From the IMG/VR virus record IMGVR_UViG_3300026097_000876, positions 62,001-126,000 of that record: 64,000 bases of DNA. One strand, written 5' to 3'. How positions within the stretch are numbered: the stretch's first letter is position 1; each line of letters starts with the position of its first letter. The notes below the pieces were generated by a model. The model was given only the letters and a program-made list of their open reading frames with translations. It searched no databases and was not told where the DNA came from. Both the position numbers and the translations under genes were made by a program. This document shows, in pieces, positions 22,764 through 33,201 of the stretch.

Positions 22764-23117
22764 TTAGTTTGTTTTAGTGCCTACTGTGCGACGAACAATG
22801 TCGTCGTGATTAAATTCAGCCCAGTATAGTTCAAAAGCGACACCGTCTTCTAAACCTTCAAACTGGTGAATCTTACCTGGCTTCACCTGCGTGAAGTCTC
22901 CTGCTTCAAGAATAGTCTCGTCAACTAGTCCTTCCTGCTCTCCGTCTTGCCAAACACGAACAATCATCTTGCCCGACTCTACAAAGAACCCGTTCCATTT
23001 GTACTGATGTTCATGTTCTGAACATTTGTATCCTGCTTTGTATTCAATCCGGTGGAACTCTAGTACACCGTTTGCGTGGATCAATTCTGTAGATCCCCAA
23101 ATTTTTCCTGACTTCAT
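22764..23117 (-). CDS. Cupin (sugar isomerase-like)
   Basis: KIWG, CSEHEH, VESG, KPGKIHQF. Confidence 0.75.
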   Translation of the reverse strand: MKSGKIWGSTELIHANGVLEFHRIEYKAGYKCSEHEHQYKWNGFFVESGKMIVRVWQDGEQEGLVDETILEAGDFTQVKPGKIHQFEGLEDGVAFELYWAEFNHDDIVRRTVGTKTN

Positions 23118-23623
23118 TATAACAATTCTCCGTATCTAATAAGTTCCGTTTGTCGAGTAACATCCTTAATAAAAAATGCACAAATTGGATCGTCTCCATC
23201 CTGCAATGGTATACTCAAAAGTTGTCCATTTTTAACTTTAGGAAAATACCATTTCACATCGTTATAATAATTAGTTACCTTGATTTCTGCAAACTCGGCC
23301 TTGAAGCTGGTAAGAGGATTAAACAAGAATGCTTCGAATCCCCTATCGCCGATACTAGTTAACGGTAGTACTTCTAAGTCATTTCCGCTGTCACTACAGC
23401 CAACAGCAATATGCCAATCAATTGGCATTTGTATCTCTACTTGACCAATTTGTAGTACAATACTAGGAGAGCTAAATGCTTCTAAAAATATTAAAGGTAT
23501 GTAAAAAAAGTCAGGTGTAGTTTGATCGCTATTATCCAATACACTAAATCTAATATCTTCTTCTATTTGATCTGGCAGGGTATTTAAATCCAATGCTTTA
23601 TTTTCTAATGTTAGTATATTCAT
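23117..23623 (-). CDS. Hypothetical protein, 168 aa
   Basis: ORF track; coupled to uvsW. Confidence 0.75.
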   Translation of the reverse strand: MNILTLENKALDLNTLPDQIEEDIRFSVLDNSDQTTPDFFYIPLIFLEAFSSPSIVLQIGQVEIQMPIDWHIAVGCSDSGNDLEVLPLTSIGDRGFEAFLFNPLTSFKAEFAEIKVTNYYNDVKWYFPKVKNGQLLSIPLQDGDDPICAFFIKDVTRQTELIRYGELL

Positions 23624-25087
23624 TTAATTCCAATCCACCTTTTCTATAGTAAATGGGTATTGCGCCTCTTTGTAAAACTTTTTACGTTGTGTGAGATGCC
23701 GCTTCGCATACTTGCATGTTGATGTCAAGTCCCATATTTGTACGAAGTCTTTGTCCTTTGCCTTTCTTACGCCTCTACCAATTGATTGAATAACTCTAAC
23801 AAAACTTTTGCCAGGCTCAAGAAGAACAAGATTAAAGATACGTGGAATGTTAAGTCCAACAGCCGCTACACCATATGTTGCAATAATAACTTCGTTAGTG
23901 CCTTCCTTGATTGTATCGTATGTTTCTTTTCTATCTTTATTCTTAACAGCGCCACTTACAAATGTGCTGCCTGGTATAAGTTCTGCTAGTGCTTCTCCTG
24001 CACTAATTCTATCTACTAGTATAAGTGTGTTGCCTGATTCTTTTACTGTGCTTAATAATTTGCCTATGTATTCTAATCGTTTTGTATTTGTTGTTAGATA
24101 TTTTAATTCTTCTTGATAGCCTGCATGTGCTACTGTATCAATTAACTGTACTACGTTAACGTGACACTCAGATAATACACCTTTATCCTGTAGTTCTTTT
24201 GCACTGATCTGTCCAATTACTGGACCTAGGCTAGCATGAATACTTTCAAACTCAAACTTCTCTTTGGGTACTGTACCAGTTAGTCCCCAACGGATCGGTG
24301 CATTGCGTAAGTTACGAGTCAGTAAGTTTTTAAGAACTTCTGCCTTTGCCTGGTGTACTTCGTCGACAATAATAGTGCTCACATCTTCTAAGAACTCTGC
24401 AAGGCTTAGTACAGCCGTGCCGTCTTTATGCTTCTTGTCTAGAATATTCAAACTCTGCCAAGTGCAAATAGTGTGAGTCTTACCTAACATCTTTCTGTCG
24501 CCAAAGTATACACCTACATCTAGTCCACAGTTGATGTAGTCTTCTTCTGTTTGTTCTACCAACGACTTGTTAGGTACAATAACTAAACTACGTCCATACT
24601 TCTCGCTCATATGCGACAGTGTAGCTGTTGTAATTGTTTTTCCTGCGCCTGTTGCAATCTGCTGTAGACTCTGCGGGTTCTTTGCAAAGTTGTTAATTGC
24701 TTCTACTTGATAGTCACGAAGAATAATATCTTCGCCTTCTGCTGGATGACCTTTGGGCCATACAACACCTTGCTCTTTCCAGTAGTTCTCTGTTACTTCC
24801 GGAAAGTTTAAATCGATAGGATGACGTCTATCTTCAATATCAACTATTTGAACGTTGTTTTTTGCAAGTACATCACTAACAACATCGAGATGATTAACAT
24901 AGCCGGTTCCGCCAATACCAAAGAACGCAACTTTGCCGTCCCAGCGTCCTAGCTTATATTGCGGCATATATTTTGCATACGGCACTTCAAATTTTAGTGC
25001 ATTAGCGAGTTTTCGTCGTACATCTACATCTAGTCCTTCTAGCTTGATGTTTACTTCATCTTCGATTATTAGTTTACACGCTGACAT
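23624..25087 (-). CDS. uvsW: SF2 DNA helicase (UvsW-like)
   Basis: LRDYQ, ATGAGKT, IIVDEVH, GLTGT, QSIGRGVR. Confidence 0.9.
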   Translation of the reverse strand: MSACKLIIEDEVNIKLEGLDVDVRRKLANALKFEVPYAKYMPQYKLGRWDGKVAFFGIGGTGYVNHLDVVSDVLAKNNVQIVDIEDRRHPIDLNFPEVTENYWKEQGVVWPKGHPAEGEDIILRDYQVEAINNFAKNPQSLQQIATGAGKTITTATLSHMSEKYGRSLVIVPNKSLVEQTEEDYINCGLDVGVYFGDRKMLGKTHTICTWQSLNILDKKHKDGTAVLSLAEFLEDVSTIIVDEVHQAKAEVLKNLLTRNLRNAPIRWGLTGTVPKEKFEFESIHASLGPVIGQISAKELQDKGVLSECHVNVVQLIDTVAHAGYQEELKYLTTNTKRLEYIGKLLSTVKESGNTLILVDRISAGEALAELIPGSTFVSGAVKNKDRKETYDTIKEGTNEVIIATYGVAAVGLNIPRIFNLVLLEPGKSFVRVIQSIGRGVRKAKDKDFVQIWDLTSTCKYAKRHLTQRKKFYKEAQYPFTIEKVDWN

Positions 25088-26327
25088 GTATAAATTTCCT
25101 CTGACTCCTACTCCAGTATCCTTCAGATACCTTGTCGTTGCATATAATTTGTAAATCGCATTGTTGCGAAAATGCTGTTACATGATTAAAACGTAAACTC
25201 CTAGAATCGTAATTAACTACACAATTAGGAACCCATCCTGATTTAATTAAAGGTTTAGGAAGTTTACTACTATTAATATACACTATTTTTGTATTTTCTG
25301 CAACTGGATTATTAAGTTTCTTTTGTTTTACATATTCGTTAAATGGATCAGAACCGTCTAGTCTAAACAATACAGATACGTCTTCAGAGTTTATAGAATA
25401 TTTTAAAGAATTATACGTTTCTACTAATTTATCAAATGCGTTATTTTCATCAAGTACAATTAGTATTGGAAATCTTTTTAATTCGGTTACACTAGATATA
25501 ATTTGATCAAAATTAAATTCATTATTGATTACTATTTCAGGATTATCTCTATTAATTATGATCTGAGACAAAGTTGAGTACTCTCTAATATATTGATTAA
25601 TATTATCAAATGAATGTAAACCATATAAGTACCTTCTTTCGTAATATAATACTATGTTATCTTTAGGATCGCCTATTGTTTTTAACAAATAGTTTACAGC
25701 ATTATCAGGTAAGTTTTTAATTTTATAATCATAAACTCCTGGAATGTACTCTTCTTTATTTTCATAATAACCTAAAAGAACATTGTATGCATCTAATATT
25801 TCTTGCTGTATTTCAAATTTGTGTTCGAATCGTTTAGCAATTTGCATTAGCTTAAACAAGTTTTCTGCATTTACTGGGAAGTGATGCGTGTGCTTATCAT
25901 ATTGTGTATTACGTAACGGATTTAAGTTTTTAATCTCTTGTACACGTTTAATAATTTTATTAGAAAAAGGAAATCTAATTGCTAAAAATTCTTCGTTATT
26001 TCGAGACACTATTCTAAGCCAGTGAGAGCGATCTATTTCTCTAAGGCCGTATTTTTTAATTTTAGAAATTGCTAAAACATCAATGTTTTTTTCGTTAAAC
26101 TGATCTGCATAATCATTAGTTAACTTTTCTTTAACTAGTGCATATTGTCTATCAGTCATCGCAACACCTTTAGACAATTGCCTAGCAATGCTAATTAAAA
26201 TAGTTGCATCGTTTTGTTTTAGATGAAATCCAAAATCTTCATAAGAAGTTTTTCCTTGTTTAGGAATTCTAACACCAGTTAGTAATGTTAGACAGTCCTC
26301 GCAAGTCGTAGGTTCTAGTACATTCAT
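25074..26327 (-). CDS. Hypothetical protein, 417 aa
   Basis: ORF track; own promoter. Confidence 0.75.
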   Translation of the reverse strand: MNVLEPTTCEDCLTLLTGVRIPKQGKTSYEDFGFHLKQNDATILISIARQLSKGVAMTDRQYALVKEKLTNDYADQFNEKNIDVLAISKIKKYGLREIDRSHWLRIVSRNNEEFLAIRFPFSNKIIKRVQEIKNLNPLRNTQYDKHTHHFPVNAENLFKLMQIAKRFEHKFEIQQEILDAYNVLLGYYENKEEYIPGVYDYKIKNLPDNAVNYLLKTIGDPKDNIVLYYERRYLYGLHSFDNINQYIREYSTLSQIIINRDNPEIVINNEFNFDQIISSVTELKRFPILIVLDENNAFDKLVETYNSLKYSINSEDVSVLFRLDGSDPFNEYVKQKKLNNPVAENTKIVYINSSKLPKPLIKSGWVPNCVVNYDSRSLRFNHVTAFSQQCDLQIICNDKVSEGYWSRSQRKFIHVSV

Positions 26328-26333
26328 AATAGT

Positions 26334-26362
26334 ATTATACGATACTATAGTTTAGAAGTCAA
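26334..26362 (-). promoter_or_regulatory. sigma70-type promoter (leaderless)
   Basis: TTGACT-17-TATAAT, 6 nt from ATG. Confidence 0.75.
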
Positions 26363-27190
26363 GCGTTTAAGTGGTAAACCTGATGCAATTTCTTCTACAG
26401 TCCATTCAGTATGAGCGTAGTCGTTTAGCCATTGTTGCCTGTCAGGTTGGGGAGGATTGTTTATGTTGGTAAGACTCTTAATACTTACGTCCCATGCTAG
26501 GCTTGATTGTGATGTATATGCCGGTACACCTTCTAAGACGCTGTGTATGCCTGGGTTAGACGTCCAACTAACAGTACAGTATATGTCGTTGAAATTCATA
26601 TCGAAGTCGTCGTATGTGTCTTTTAATTGTATAGGTTCTTGCCTGTACACGTTCCTATATTGTCTTTCGATTGCTTCTAGTCTACATCTTGGATGTGCTC
26701 GAAATATAATAGGACGATCTGTGTGTGCTTGTACGTTTTCGATAGTGTCCATTACCCATCGACTCATACGTGGTTGATTGCGCCACTGTTCGCTCTTTTC
26801 GTGTTGTCCTGCTATTAGAACATAATCGCCGTCGGATCTCCAAGGCTTACAAACCAGTCCCAAGCTATCAGCCCTAGTCCTATCATTGTTTTGCTCACCA
26901 AAGTAAGCATCTCTGTTAATTCCATTTAATCCTACCTTCCATGTTGTTCCACGTTTGATACCACCTACTTCTAAGACAACCACCGGTTTGGATCTGGCTC
27001 TAGCGGCTTCCCAAATAGCTTTGTTTCCAGACATACGACCATTCCAAAGAACGCTCCAAATAACATCAACGTCGGCACTAGGATCATTGTCAACACAATC
27101 ATAGCCAAGAGACTCAGCACCGCTAACAAAAGCGTCAAACACAGGTCGGCTGTTGAGTGCTCCATATTGTCTCCAAAGGCTAAACTTCAT
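26345..27190 (-). CDS. GT-B-like / capsule-biosynthesis-like protein, paralog 1
   Basis: FRAHP, TSNPGIHSVLEGVP, RQQWL..YAHTEWT.EEI..G. Confidence 0.55.
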   Translation of the reverse strand: MKFSLWRQYGALNSRPVFDAFVSGAESLGYDCVDNDPSADVDVIWSVLWNGRMSGNKAIWEAARARSKPVVVLEVGGIKRGTTWKVGLNGINRDAYFGEQNNDRTRADSLGLVCKPWRSDGDYVLIAGQHEKSEQWRNQPRMSRWVMDTIENVQAHTDRPIIFRAHPRCRLEAIERQYRNVYRQEPIQLKDTYDDFDMNFNDIYCTVSWTSNPGIHSVLEGVPAYTSQSSLAWDVSIKSLTNINNPPQPDRQQWLNDYAHTEWTVEEIASGLPLKRLTSKL

Positions 27191-28019
27191 TCCAGTACGC
27201 TTCTGTTCTATTTACCATTAAATCTTTAGACAAACTTTTTCCAGAATTTTTTCGACCACCTTTCATGTGATCAATCCATTTTCCAAGTTCGCTATTAATT
27301 AACGGGTGACCACCTCCGCCTGTCTTAGCGGTGTTGTTGTAAATATTAGCACTATAATCGTATGACTGGAAATCTTTATATTTGTTCAATAAATGTCCGA
27401 ACACATAACTGTCATGCCATTCTTCTAATGTGAAGATTCCGTTGTCTGCATCTTCATACATAAGTTCAAAATCCTCTAAGAAACTATGACACACAGGATG
27501 ATTTAGATTCATTCCGTAAAACCCACACTCCGGCCATGTTTGTGATCCTTTGCCTCGGCCAACGTATGTAATGTATGCACTATTAGGAAGCAATTCTTTA
27601 AACTGTTCATAACTCCAGTCACTGTGTACATATGTATCCGCATCCATCCATACACACCAGCCCGTAGACCGCGCACAAGCGTCGTACACAGCATAAGTTT
27701 TGTTAGCGAACCGTATAGCGTCCCATTTAAATTCTTTGTGCCAGTCGCGTGGCCTACGTGCTTTAATTGCATCAGGAGGGATGCCATTTGCCTTAGGATC
27801 ATCTTTCCATCGTTCTTTAAATGCTGTTAGTTTAGGTAGATGTTCTTTTGCATCTAGTACAGTGATACGATCGTCATCTACAACAGGTGTACAATCTTCT
27901 GTATATACTAACAATTCAATACGTGAATCTACACGTTTACTAAAACTATCTAAAAATCTTTGACCATATAATTCTAATCCAGGCTTGTGAAATGTTGTTA
28001 CTACTGTTATTTTTTCCAT
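27180..28019 (-). CDS. Glycosyltransferase (GT-A fold)
   Basis: VWMDAD DxD motif; ECGF; WHDS. Confidence 0.65.
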   Translation of the reverse strand: MEKITVVTTFHKPGLELYGQRFLDSFSKRVDSRIELLVYTEDCTPVVDDDRITVLDAKEHLPKLTAFKERWKDDPKANGIPPDAIKARRPRDWHKEFKWDAIRFANKTYAVYDACARSTGWCVWMDADTYVHSDWSYEQFKELLPNSAYITYVGRGKGSQTWPECGFYGMNLNHPVCHSFLEDFELMYEDADNGIFTLEEWHDSYVFGHLLNKYKDFQSYDYSANIYNNTAKTGGGGHPLINSELGKWIDHMKGGRKNSGKSLSKDLMVNRTEAYWNEV

Positions 28020-28948
28020 GCATATTCTCTCATATGTTTCCAGCATTCGCCGGATCTTAATTCATCTAATGTCCAATGACTCATCGCAAGTCTTCTAAGC
28101 CATGCTTCTCTGTCAAACTCAAAATTTGGATTTTCAATATTTTTAAGATTTGTATTTGCCACATCTCTAGCTTGACTGCGTTTAGGATCAATTACAAAAA
28201 TTGGAACACCTTCAATAGCGGCAATTACCGCCGGACTGCTATTGTAACTAATCACAGCGCATGCATCATGTAAGTCTTTTAACAAAGAACTAGTCGGAGA
28301 TGAAATTTCTACTTTATGTCCTATTGCTTTGAGCTGTTGAATGTGTTTGTCAATTTTTTTGTCACCTGGATGAAATCGTACAAGGATACGTTTATCTGTA
28401 AATTTTCTTAAATTTTGTAACAAGGGATGTAACCAATTAATAATTTTTAATCCGTCCATACTCCATCCACCATCACGTTGACAAGTAATCAGAATATAAT
28501 CACCATACTTTTTCCAAGGTTTGAGTTGTAGTCCTAATCTATCTCGCAACTTGCCCCAACGTGCAGGATCAATTTTATCGTCACAGTATTCTCCCGTGGT
28601 TGGAAAAATACCATCATAGCTGTATCTTAAATATGATTTAGTATTTCCAGGATCGTATGCTAAAAATAAGTTACTGTCAGCAATAATAGTTCTACCTCCT
28701 AATTCAGATTGCGAAGATAATACTCGACGGCGTAAATCTAAATGAGGTACATTTTTACTACCTGGATGAACAAACCCTTGTAATATACCAACATCTGCTG
28801 GCTCGTATTGAAACGTATTAATTAGTTGACCTTTATCTTCTAATGAACGCACACCTTGAATAAAATACTCTAAAAGTTTTGGTTTTTCTTGATTCTTATT
28901 TCCAGGTGGTATTGCTTTCATATAAGCATTAACTTTAAAAGGCCTCAT
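28007..28948 (-). CDS. GT-B-like / capsule-biosynthesis-like protein, paralog 2
   Basis: VRFHP, YNSSPAVIAAIEGVP, REAWLRRLAMSHWT. Confidence 0.55.
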   Translation of the reverse strand: MRPFKVNAYMKAIPPGNKNQEKPKLLEYFIQGVRSLEDKGQLINTFQYEPADVGILQGFVHPGSKNVPHLDLRRRVLSSQSELGGRTIIADSNLFLAYDPGNTKSYLRYSYDGIFPTTGEYCDDKIDPARWGKLRDRLGLQLKPWKKYGDYILITCQRDGGWSMDGLKIINWLHPLLQNLRKFTDKRILVRFHPGDKKIDKHIQQLKAIGHKVEISSPTSSLLKDLHDACAVISYNSSPAVIAAIEGVPIFVIDPKRSQARDVANTNLKNIENPNFEFDREAWLRRLAMSHWTLDELRSGECWKHMREYAWKK

Positions 28949-29807
28949 CGTATAATCCTTTTTCTTCAATCATTTTTACTACACTTCCGCTTCCTAATTC
29001 TGGTACTGTATATTGACAGTACGCTAAGAAATGTAATAGTTCAATAAATTGTTCTTCTGGGGGGTAATAAGGATCTTCAATATTGGATAGGTCTTTATTA
29101 GCAACTTGGTCGACACAAGATGGCGCCATAGTAAACGCAGGAATACCATAATGCATAGCTTCAAGAGCTGCCATACTTTGATAGGTTACTACCGAATGAA
29201 TCTGTTCTCTAAAACACTGTGCTGCCACACTATTATCTTTAATGCGTTCAAATCTTAAACCTTTATCTCTAATAATAATAGGACGATCTGTGTGTTTTTT
29301 AATTTCAGCAATTGTAGAGTTTAACCATTCTTGTTTAGTAATATTATAAAACTGACAAGGCTTTTCTGACGGAGTAACAACTAAGATAGGACCGTTTTGT
29401 TTAGACTGATCTTTTTTGCCGTTGTATTGCATATAAGGAGCAACTTTGACTAATTTTTCAAATCTATCACCTGGCATACTTTTGTATTTTGTATGCTGAA
29501 TATTATTTTTTACAACTCTATAAAAAATTTTCTTTTTCATTAAGTTGCCCATATAACCGTTATCAATATAATAAAACGGTCGACCAGTTTCCCAACATTT
29601 ATAAATTTCTTTACGTTTAGTCATGCTTCTGAATGCTACTGGAATTTCTATCGGCCAGGGTGATTGAGAAATTTTACTTGCAATTTCTTTTCGATCTATA
29701 ATCCTTGCATTAGTGCCCGCACCCCAATGTTTTAAAATTTCATCATCGCCGTTAATCATAAGCATAGATGGCTTATCATTTTTCCCTAGCATATCAAATG
29801 TACCCAT
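28935..29807 (-). CDS. GT-B-like / capsule-biosynthesis-like protein, paralog 3
   Basis: YIDNGY, VTYQSMAALEAMHYGIP, LAYCQYT..EL. Confidence 0.55.
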   Translation of the reverse strand: MGTFDMLGKNDKPSMLMINGDDEILKHWGAGTNARIIDRKEIASKISQSPWPIEIPVAFRSMTKRKEIYKCWETGRPFYYIDNGYMGNLMKKKIFYRVVKNNIQHTKYKSMPGDRFEKLVKVAPYMQYNGKKDQSKQNGPILVVTPSEKPCQFYNITKQEWLNSTIAEIKKHTDRPIIIRDKGLRFERIKDNSVAAQCFREQIHSVVTYQSMAALEAMHYGIPAFTMAPSCVDQVANKDLSNIEDPYYPPEEQFIELLHFLAYCQYTVPELGSGSVVKMIEEKGLYDEAF

Positions 29808-30481
29808 TATACCTCCATCATCTCAAATAATTCGTTTTTCCACAGTTCGTTAAACTCACAGTTACGATAGTTTTCAAACCAAGGGCCGCCTTCTGTGTAG
29901 TGTATTAGTTTAGGAGTTTCGATATCGTCATATACTCCTACTAGGTAGTTCCATGTGTGATCTAGTTTGCCAATCTCTTCGTCCTTGAGCCAACTGAATC
30001 TATGGAAGTATGCTCCGTTTAGTTCTGGATCGTTTACCATATCCTGTGTTAGTCTAGCGTTACTAGGGTGCGCACAGTTAAATAGTACAGCACTAGACCA
30101 GTTCTTGCGTGGATAGATGGTTTGCTTTTGTCCGTCCATCTTCATACCTTCTTTAGGAGTGTAATCATGTTGCACACACATGACAGCGTACTTGTCATCT
30201 GCTTGATCAAACAACTCTTTAATATCTGTTGTAAGGATCATGTCACAATCTATAAACAAAGCCCAGCCTTTGAAGTTAGCCAATTCAGGTACTAAGAAGC
30301 GTGTAAATGTAAATTCAGTACTTGCTAACTTATCCACAGGGCGTGTGTACCAACCTGCATCACGCAATTCTTGTTGTACTAGAGGACGTACTTCTGCTGT
30401 TGGTGATCTACTTATAATACTATGCTTGCACACTTGATATGCAATGTCCTCTCGAGGATCGTAACCTACAAATACTTTCAT
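29807..30481 (-). CDS. Glycosyltransferase (GT8-like)
   Basis: MKVFVGYD, STEFTFTRF, FIDCDM, PRKNWSS, HYTEGGPW. Confidence 0.8.
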   Translation of the reverse strand: MKVFVGYDPREDIAYQVCKHSIISRSPTAEVRPLVQQELRDAGWYTRPVDKLASTEFTFTRFLVPELANFKGWALFIDCDMILTTDIKELFDQADDKYAVMCVQHDYTPKEGMKMDGQKQTIYPRKNWSSAVLFNCAHPSNARLTQDMVNDPELNGAYFHRFSWLKDEEIGKLDHTWNYLVGVYDDIETPKLIHYTEGGPWFENYRNCEFNELWKNELFEMMEV

Positions 30482-31251
30482 TAATCTCTTCTTTCTATAT
30501 CTTCTTCTGTTAGAGTGTCGCCCAACCATACTTCTATAACTTTAGCAGTTGTATCGCCCAAATTGGTTGCTTTGTGCCATGTGTTTTTTGGAATGTCAAT
30601 ACTATAACCAGAAATAAGATTTTGTATTTCAATTCTTCCATCTGCATGTTCTAGTTTCATTTGAATAGTGCCTTCAACAACGTGCCAGTGTTCACTACGT
30701 TCAAAATGTCTTTGGTCACTTAGTGCATTACCAGCATCAAATGCAAGTTGCTTAACTTGCCAGCCTTCGCCTTTGTCTAATACAGTATATCTACCCCAGT
30801 CACGTTCTGTAGTGGGTTGACTCCATTCTTTGAGTATCCAGCTGCTTGAGTTTTTCTTATCTTCGCCTCCGACAGCAAATGCAAACTCTACATCTTGATG
30901 CTCTCCGTATATAGTGTATTCTGGAGTAGTAGTATTTGTTCTGTCGCCGCCATTAGCAAATACTACTTTCCAACTACTGCCTTTGGTTTGTAGTACTTGG
31001 CCTATGGCACTAAGTGCAGTATTGTCGTCGTCGTTAAAACCGATAACTTCGTCAACACATGCAAGTTCTTTAATGATTGCTGCACGTTCTTCAAACGGCA
31101 TAAATGGTCTACCTTTTTTGCGTGTAAGCCACTCGTCTGAATTGACACCTACTACTAAATGATTGCCGAGTTCTTTTGCTGATTTAAAATAGGCGATGTG
31201 CCCTGAGTGTAAGGGATCAAAGCCGCCAGTAACCAATACCACTTTATTCAT
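30481..31251 (-). CDS. Cytidylyltransferase-like domain fused to a C-terminal cupin (MPI type II-like)
   Basis: TGGFDPLHSGH; FANGGDR; LSDQRH..RSEHW. Confidence 0.85.
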   Translation of the reverse strand: MNKVVLVTGGFDPLHSGHIAYFKSAKELGNHLVVGVNSDEWLTRKKGRPFMPFEERAAIIKELACVDEVIGFNDDDNTALSAIGQVLQTKGSSWKVVFANGGDRTNTTTPEYTIYGEHQDVEFAFAVGGEDKKNSSSWILKEWSQPTTERDWGRYTVLDKGEGWQVKQLAFDAGNALSDQRHFERSEHWHVVEGTIQMKLEHADGRIEIQNLISGYSIDIPKNTWHKATNLGDTTAKVIEVWLGDTLTEEDIERRD

Positions 31252-31256
31252 ATAGA

Positions 31257-31264
31257 TATTTATA
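31257..31264 (-). promoter_or_regulatory. T4-type late promoter, 5 nt from ATG
   Basis: TATAAATA. Confidence 0.7.
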
Positions 31265-31271
31265 TTAGCAC

Positions 31272-31931
31272 TTATTTGCTAGTAGTTGATTTGATACCTT
31301 GAACTTTTGTAAAGTAAGGTTTATATGTACGTAACCAAGGACATAATTGTTTACACATTATAGCGTCGTTGGGCCACCATCCGATTGTATCTTGTATTTT
31401 TATAATTTCTTTGGCAGCCTCTGGTTTAATAATATAAGCACTATGTCCAGGAAGTCCTTGAGGAATAGATTTGTCTGTGACCCAAGGAACCTGTTGTTCT
31501 CCTGAATTATCTAGCGCATCGTACAACTTACTATTAAATGTTGCATGATCAGGATTATTGATACTAATTGCGCCGCCAGAGAACTCAAAAGGTTTAAATT
31601 GTCTAGTAAAAATTGCATCGTGCTCTAATATCATAATAGTTTCATTAAGCTCGACACTCTTCTCCCATAGTTTATAATGACTTCCGGCGGCAGCTATACG
31701 TTTAGACATGTCGTATGTCTTGTATGCTTTTAATATCATGCCAGTCGTAGGACAAACTGATTTTTTATTATATGGCCATTTCCAATTTATCTTCCACATA
31801 GTATTAGGAGTAATTGCTGTAAATTTTTCTACTTCTATTTGAGAGTTTGTATCTGTAATAGATTGTATACAGCGATCTGCATGACTTTGACTATCGTCAT
31901 GATCATCTATTGTAATTATGTACGCTTTCAT
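31272..31931 (-). CDS. Glycosyltransferase family 25-like
   Basis: SHYKLW, ILEHDA, SAYIIKP. Confidence 0.7.
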   Translation of the reverse strand: MKAYIITIDDHDDSQSHADRCIQSITDTNSQIEVEKFTAITPNTMWKINWKWPYNKKSVCPTTGMILKAYKTYDMSKRIAAAGSHYKLWEKSVELNETIMILEHDAIFTRQFKPFEFSGGAISINNPDHATFNSKLYDALDNSGEQQVPWVTDKSIPQGLPGHSAYIIKPEAAKEIIKIQDTIGWWPNDAIMCKQLCPWLRTYKPYFTKVQGIKSTTSK

Positions 31932-32503
31932 TTAGATAACACATAAACTCTACAAGGTACTTTGCCCTTTAATCCAGTTGATTCAAAAACTGATTCTAAT
32001 TGTAATCCTGTGTTTTTAAACAGTTGTCGTAATTCGTCGTCATTAATTTCCACAGGGTCCCATGGTCTTGCATTATTATCACTAGGCCCGTAGCCGTGTT
32101 CTAAATACAATTTACCGTTTGACGAAAGTTGATCTGCCCAAACTTTAATAGTTCTAACAGGGTCAAATGCATGATCAAATGCATTTGAATAAACAACATC
32201 AAAATAGCCAAGCCAGTCTTCGCGTATATTATTAAAATCATGTTGTACTGTCATTGGAAATTTGCTTGCGGTGTGTGATACTTCAGTTCCAATAATCTCA
32301 GCTTCTGGAAAATTTTCTTTAAAATAAAATTGTTCTGCGGCATTACGAGTACCATGACATAATATTCTTGTTGCCTGTTTTTTATCTTCACAGATTTTTT
32401 TAATTGTTTTCTTTTCTACATAAATCATTTTAAGTTTAGCAACATTTGCTTCGACTTGATTTTCTAAATACTCTTCATAATTTTTATATTCGTAAACTTT
32501 CAT
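31928..32503 (-). CDS. SAM-dependent methyltransferase-like protein
   Basis: LCHGTR.AAE, IGTEVS, FDVVYSNAFDH. Confidence 0.6.
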   Translation of the reverse strand: MKVYEYKNYEEYLENQVEANVAKLKMIYVEKKTIKKICEDKKQATRILCHGTRNAAEQFYFKENFPEAEIIGTEVSHTASKFPMTVQHDFNNIREDWLGYFDVVYSNAFDHAFDPVRTIKVWADQLSSNGKLYLEHGYGPSDNNARPWDPVEINDDELRQLFKNTGLQLESVFESTGLKGKVPCRVYVLSK

Positions 32504-32514
32504 TGTATTTCCTT

Positions 32515-33201
32515 TTAAGTTATTTTTTGTACAAACCCGTGAACACTAGTATGTATGTCTTTGTACGGTTCGCTTAGTATTTGATACCATCCCCATTCGT
32601 TAGGGTATAATTTATGTTCTTTAACTAATTTGCGTAATAATGCATGATCAAAATGTTTTCGATGATGAATTAAAAAATCATAAGGCAAAAATCCATACCA
32701 GTCGTCTTCAGGATTGTCTTTGTTAACTTCTGTCCATTGTCCTGAGCCAAACTGACTGCCGCGATTTTCTCTAGTCATAAATCCTACCGGGCCAACTTCA
32801 TATGCTTTGCGCAACCAATGATTTAAATCTACTTGTCTGTCTATTTTAGTATTCCAGTCAACTCTTATAATTAGATCATGATGTGAAGGTATTTTTCTAA
32901 TTAAATCCGAGTGTGCTAAAATAGGAACTATTCCAAAATAAAATTCATCTTTTAATTTTCCCGACTCAACATATTTTTTATATTTTCCATGTTTAGAATG
33001 AGGAGTAACCTCCATAGGATGATAATGCCATTTCGGATAGTGCATTGTACTTAATCTGTTGTGTAAATTTTCAGGCACTAAATTTGTTCGATTTGTGAAC
33101 GTGTGATAATAGAAATTACAGCCAGGAATTTTGTGCTGAAGCTGTTCAACAATTTTGCTGTCTTTATCATTCACACCAGAAATACAAATTGCAATATTCA
33201 T
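32515..33201 (-). CDS. Hypothetical protein, GT-like
   Basis: MNIAICISG start typical of island proteins. Confidence 0.55.
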   Translation of the reverse strand: MNIAICISGVNDKDSKIVEQLQHKIPGCNFYYHTFTNRTNLVPENLHNRLSTMHYPKWHYHPMEVTPHSKHGKYKKYVESGKLKDEFYFGIVPILAHSDLIRKIPSHHDLIIRVDWNTKIDRQVDLNHWLRKAYEVGPVGFMTRENRGSQFGSGQWTEVNKDNPEDDWYGFLPYDFLIHHRKHFDHALLRKLVKEHKLYPNEWGWYQILSEPYKDIHTSVHGFVQKIT